Source: Armatimonadota bacterium (GTDB taxonomy: Bacteria > Armatimonadota > HRBIN16). Taken from it: DNA of 64,000 nucleotides. The stretch lies in NCBI GenBank assembly GCA_040289885.1, contig PSLZ01000005.1:26598-90597 (forward strand), read 5' to 3'. Within the stretch, counting starts at the first letter, position 1. Each line of letters opens with the position of its first letter. The position numbers and the translations under genes are program-made. A model generated the notes under the pieces. It worked only from the letters and a program-made list of their open reading frames with translations. It was not told the origin of the DNA and ran no database searches. This document shows, in pieces, positions 62,691 to 64,000 of this stretch.

Positions 62691-63573
62691 CCCGTAGAGC
62701 GCGAGGTAGGACGCTGATGGAAAGGGGCGTCTCGCCAGCCGGTTCGCCGTCGCACTGCGCCGGTTGTGCGGGAACCGCCACGATGCGCACTTCCCTCGCC
62801 CGCTCGAAGCGGAGGTGCGGACATCTCCCTGCCCTGCCGGTCATCACGTCCAGAAAAACGTGCCAGATGGCCCGACGCCACCCCCTTCCCGCAGGTAGCC
62901 ACACAAGGTCCAAAACCCCGTCATCGATACGGGCGTGTGGCGCGATAGTGGTGAACCAGCCGTAGCGCGAGGTGTTCGCCACGACCACGATCACCGCTTC
63001 CTCCTCCATCTGTTTGTCTGGCAGAACCATTCGGTAGCGCGCAGGCTGGTAACGGCGCAGTTCCTGCAGACCCGTCCACAGGAACGCGTATACCCCCAGG
63101 CTCCTCTTCAGCGGCTCGGGCACACAGCGCACCACATGGGCGTCCAGACCGGCACTGACCATCAGCACGAACGGTCGGTTGAGCACGATGCCGACGTCTA
63201 TCTGCCGTCCCTGCCCTGCCAGCACTGCCTGCACGCATCCGCGCAGGGCATGCCGTCCTAGGGGGTAGCCCAGCTCACGTGCTAACACGTTGCTGGTGCC
63301 AATAGGACACAGCGCGAGCGCGGTCGTTGAGTGTACCAGCGCGGGAAGCAAGGTGTGCACGGTACCATCTCCCCCCGCAACCACCAACAGATCACCGCCG
63401 GACTGACAGAAGTTGGTGACAAGCGTGAGCGCATCGTCCGGCGTGCGCGCTATCTCCACCTGCCAATCGGCACAGAGCGACGCAAGTGCGCGTTGCCAGT
63501 CCACGCGCCCCGCTTTGCCTCCGCCTGCGAAGGGGTTAACCAGAAACAGAACTTCTTTGCGTTCCACGCTCAT
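62647..63573 (-). CDS. diacylglycerol kinase family lipid kinase (YegS/DagK-like)
   Basis: LFLVNPFAGGGKAG...VVAGGDGTV...IGTSNVLAREL motifs; start at MSVERKEVLF. Confidence 0.78.
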   Translation of the reverse strand: MSVERKEVLFLVNPFAGGGKAGRVDWQRALASLCADWQVEIARTPDDALTLVTNFCQSGGDLLVVAGGDGTVHTLLPALVHSTTALALCPIGTSNVLARELGYPLGRHALRGCVQAVLAGQGRQIDVGIVLNRPFVLMVSAGLDAHVVRCVPEPLKRSLGVYAFLWTGLQELRRYQPARYRMVLPDKQMEEEAVIVVVANTSRYGWFTTIAPHARIDDGVLDLVWLPAGRGWRRAIWHVFLDVMTGRAGRCPHLRFERAREVRIVAVPAQPAQCDGEPAGETPLSISVLPRALRVIAPSPRAPWRSAV

Positions 63574-63690
63574 CCGCTCCGACCACTCGGCTATCCCTTC
63601 TAACAAATACGAACTTTCTCAGCAGGAGTCATCCCGTGCGGTTGGTAGCACCGTTCTTCGCGAAGTGGCATAGCCCTGAGTTCAACGAGC

Positions 63691-63738
63691 GGGATTCTTC
63701 GCTGCGCTCAGAATGACACCAAACGTCATGCCGAAAGC
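63691..63738. repeat. MITE/REP-like element, copy D (partial, reverse orientation)
   Basis: gggattcttcgctgcgctcagaatgaca + cgtcatgccgaaagc; intergenic. Confidence 0.6.
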
Positions 63739-63759
63739 CAGCTCTGCATCTACCGCTCC

Positions 63760-63800
63760 ATCACCATACAAAACAAAAGCCCTCTGCGCATGCAGAGGGC
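63760..63800 (-). terminator. rho-independent terminator for the minus-strand gene entering from the window end
   Basis: gccctctgc-gcat-gcagagggc followed on the minus strand by TTTTGTTTTGT. Confidence 0.65.
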
Positions 63801-63822
63801 TCGTGCATTACTCCGGGAACCG

Positions 63823-64000
63823 CTACCGTCCCATGAGCTTCTTCGCGATCTCGAAGATCTCCTCAGGATGATACTCTGGTGCGAACTGCTCGGGTACGGG
63901 CGGAAGCACCGGCACCGGTCCACCCGCTGGAGGTCCGTCCACCACCTGCAGATCGCCGCCCGCCGGGTGTTGTCCCTGCCAGATGGCTGCGATGTCCTTG
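63823..64000 (-). CDS. 3' end of an unidentified protein (Pro/Gly-rich C-terminus); 5' part outside window
   Basis: Minus-strand frame reads ...KDIAAIWQGQHPAGGDLQVVDGPPAGGPVPVLPPVPEQFAPEYHPEEIFEIAKKLMGR* with stop at 63823-63825; not in ORF track because truncated. Confidence 0.4.
   Translation of the reverse strand, partial: KDIAAIWQGQHPAGGDLQVVDGPPAGGPVPVLPPVPEQFAPEYHPEEIFEIAKKLMGR

Overview
High-GC (~62%) bacterial chromosomal segment from a probably diderm organism with many prepilin-like DUF1559 and PEP-CTERM proteins (Armatimonadota-like, tentative). Gene density is high on both strands. Housekeeping genes: groES-groEL with a perfect CIRCE operator, RNase P RNA (rnpB, minus strand, not in the ORF track), tRNA-Ser(UGA), acs, purD, dnaB, rplI, gyrB, a group-2-like sigma-70 factor, and an MlaFED-like lipid ABC system. 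Envelope and glycan genes: GT39-like and GT2 (DPM synthase-like) glycosyltransferases, GH5, GHL10, BNR/sialidase-like proteins, NlpC/P60, a NamZ-like protein and a PIG-L deacetylase. Also present: a futalosine-pathway menaquinone cluster (mqnP-mqnA plus deaminase), glcE/glcF-like oxidase subunits, a CUT2-type sugar ABC importer with no ATPase in the locus, a multi-GAF sensor, TetR and GntR/LacI regulators, a YjbQ protein, a fatty-acid CoA ligase and a DagK-like lipid kinase. Main non-obvious signals: (i) a conserved ~70-bp sigma-54 (-24 TGGYAC / -12 TTGCA) promoter module in front of three secreted-protein genes, two of them PEP-CTERM proteins; (ii) a dispersed palindromic MITE/REP-like element built on GTCATTCTGAGC at four intergenic loci; (iii) two apparent single-base frameshifts (Uma2 endonuclease; an Asp-box glycosidase-like gene); (iv) a sugar-binding protein ORF carrying a DUF5658-like membrane domain upstream of an internal lipoprotein signal. 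No CRISPR array, rRNA, or obvious prophage or integrase was seen. Many long antisense ORFs in the track are high-GC artefacts.
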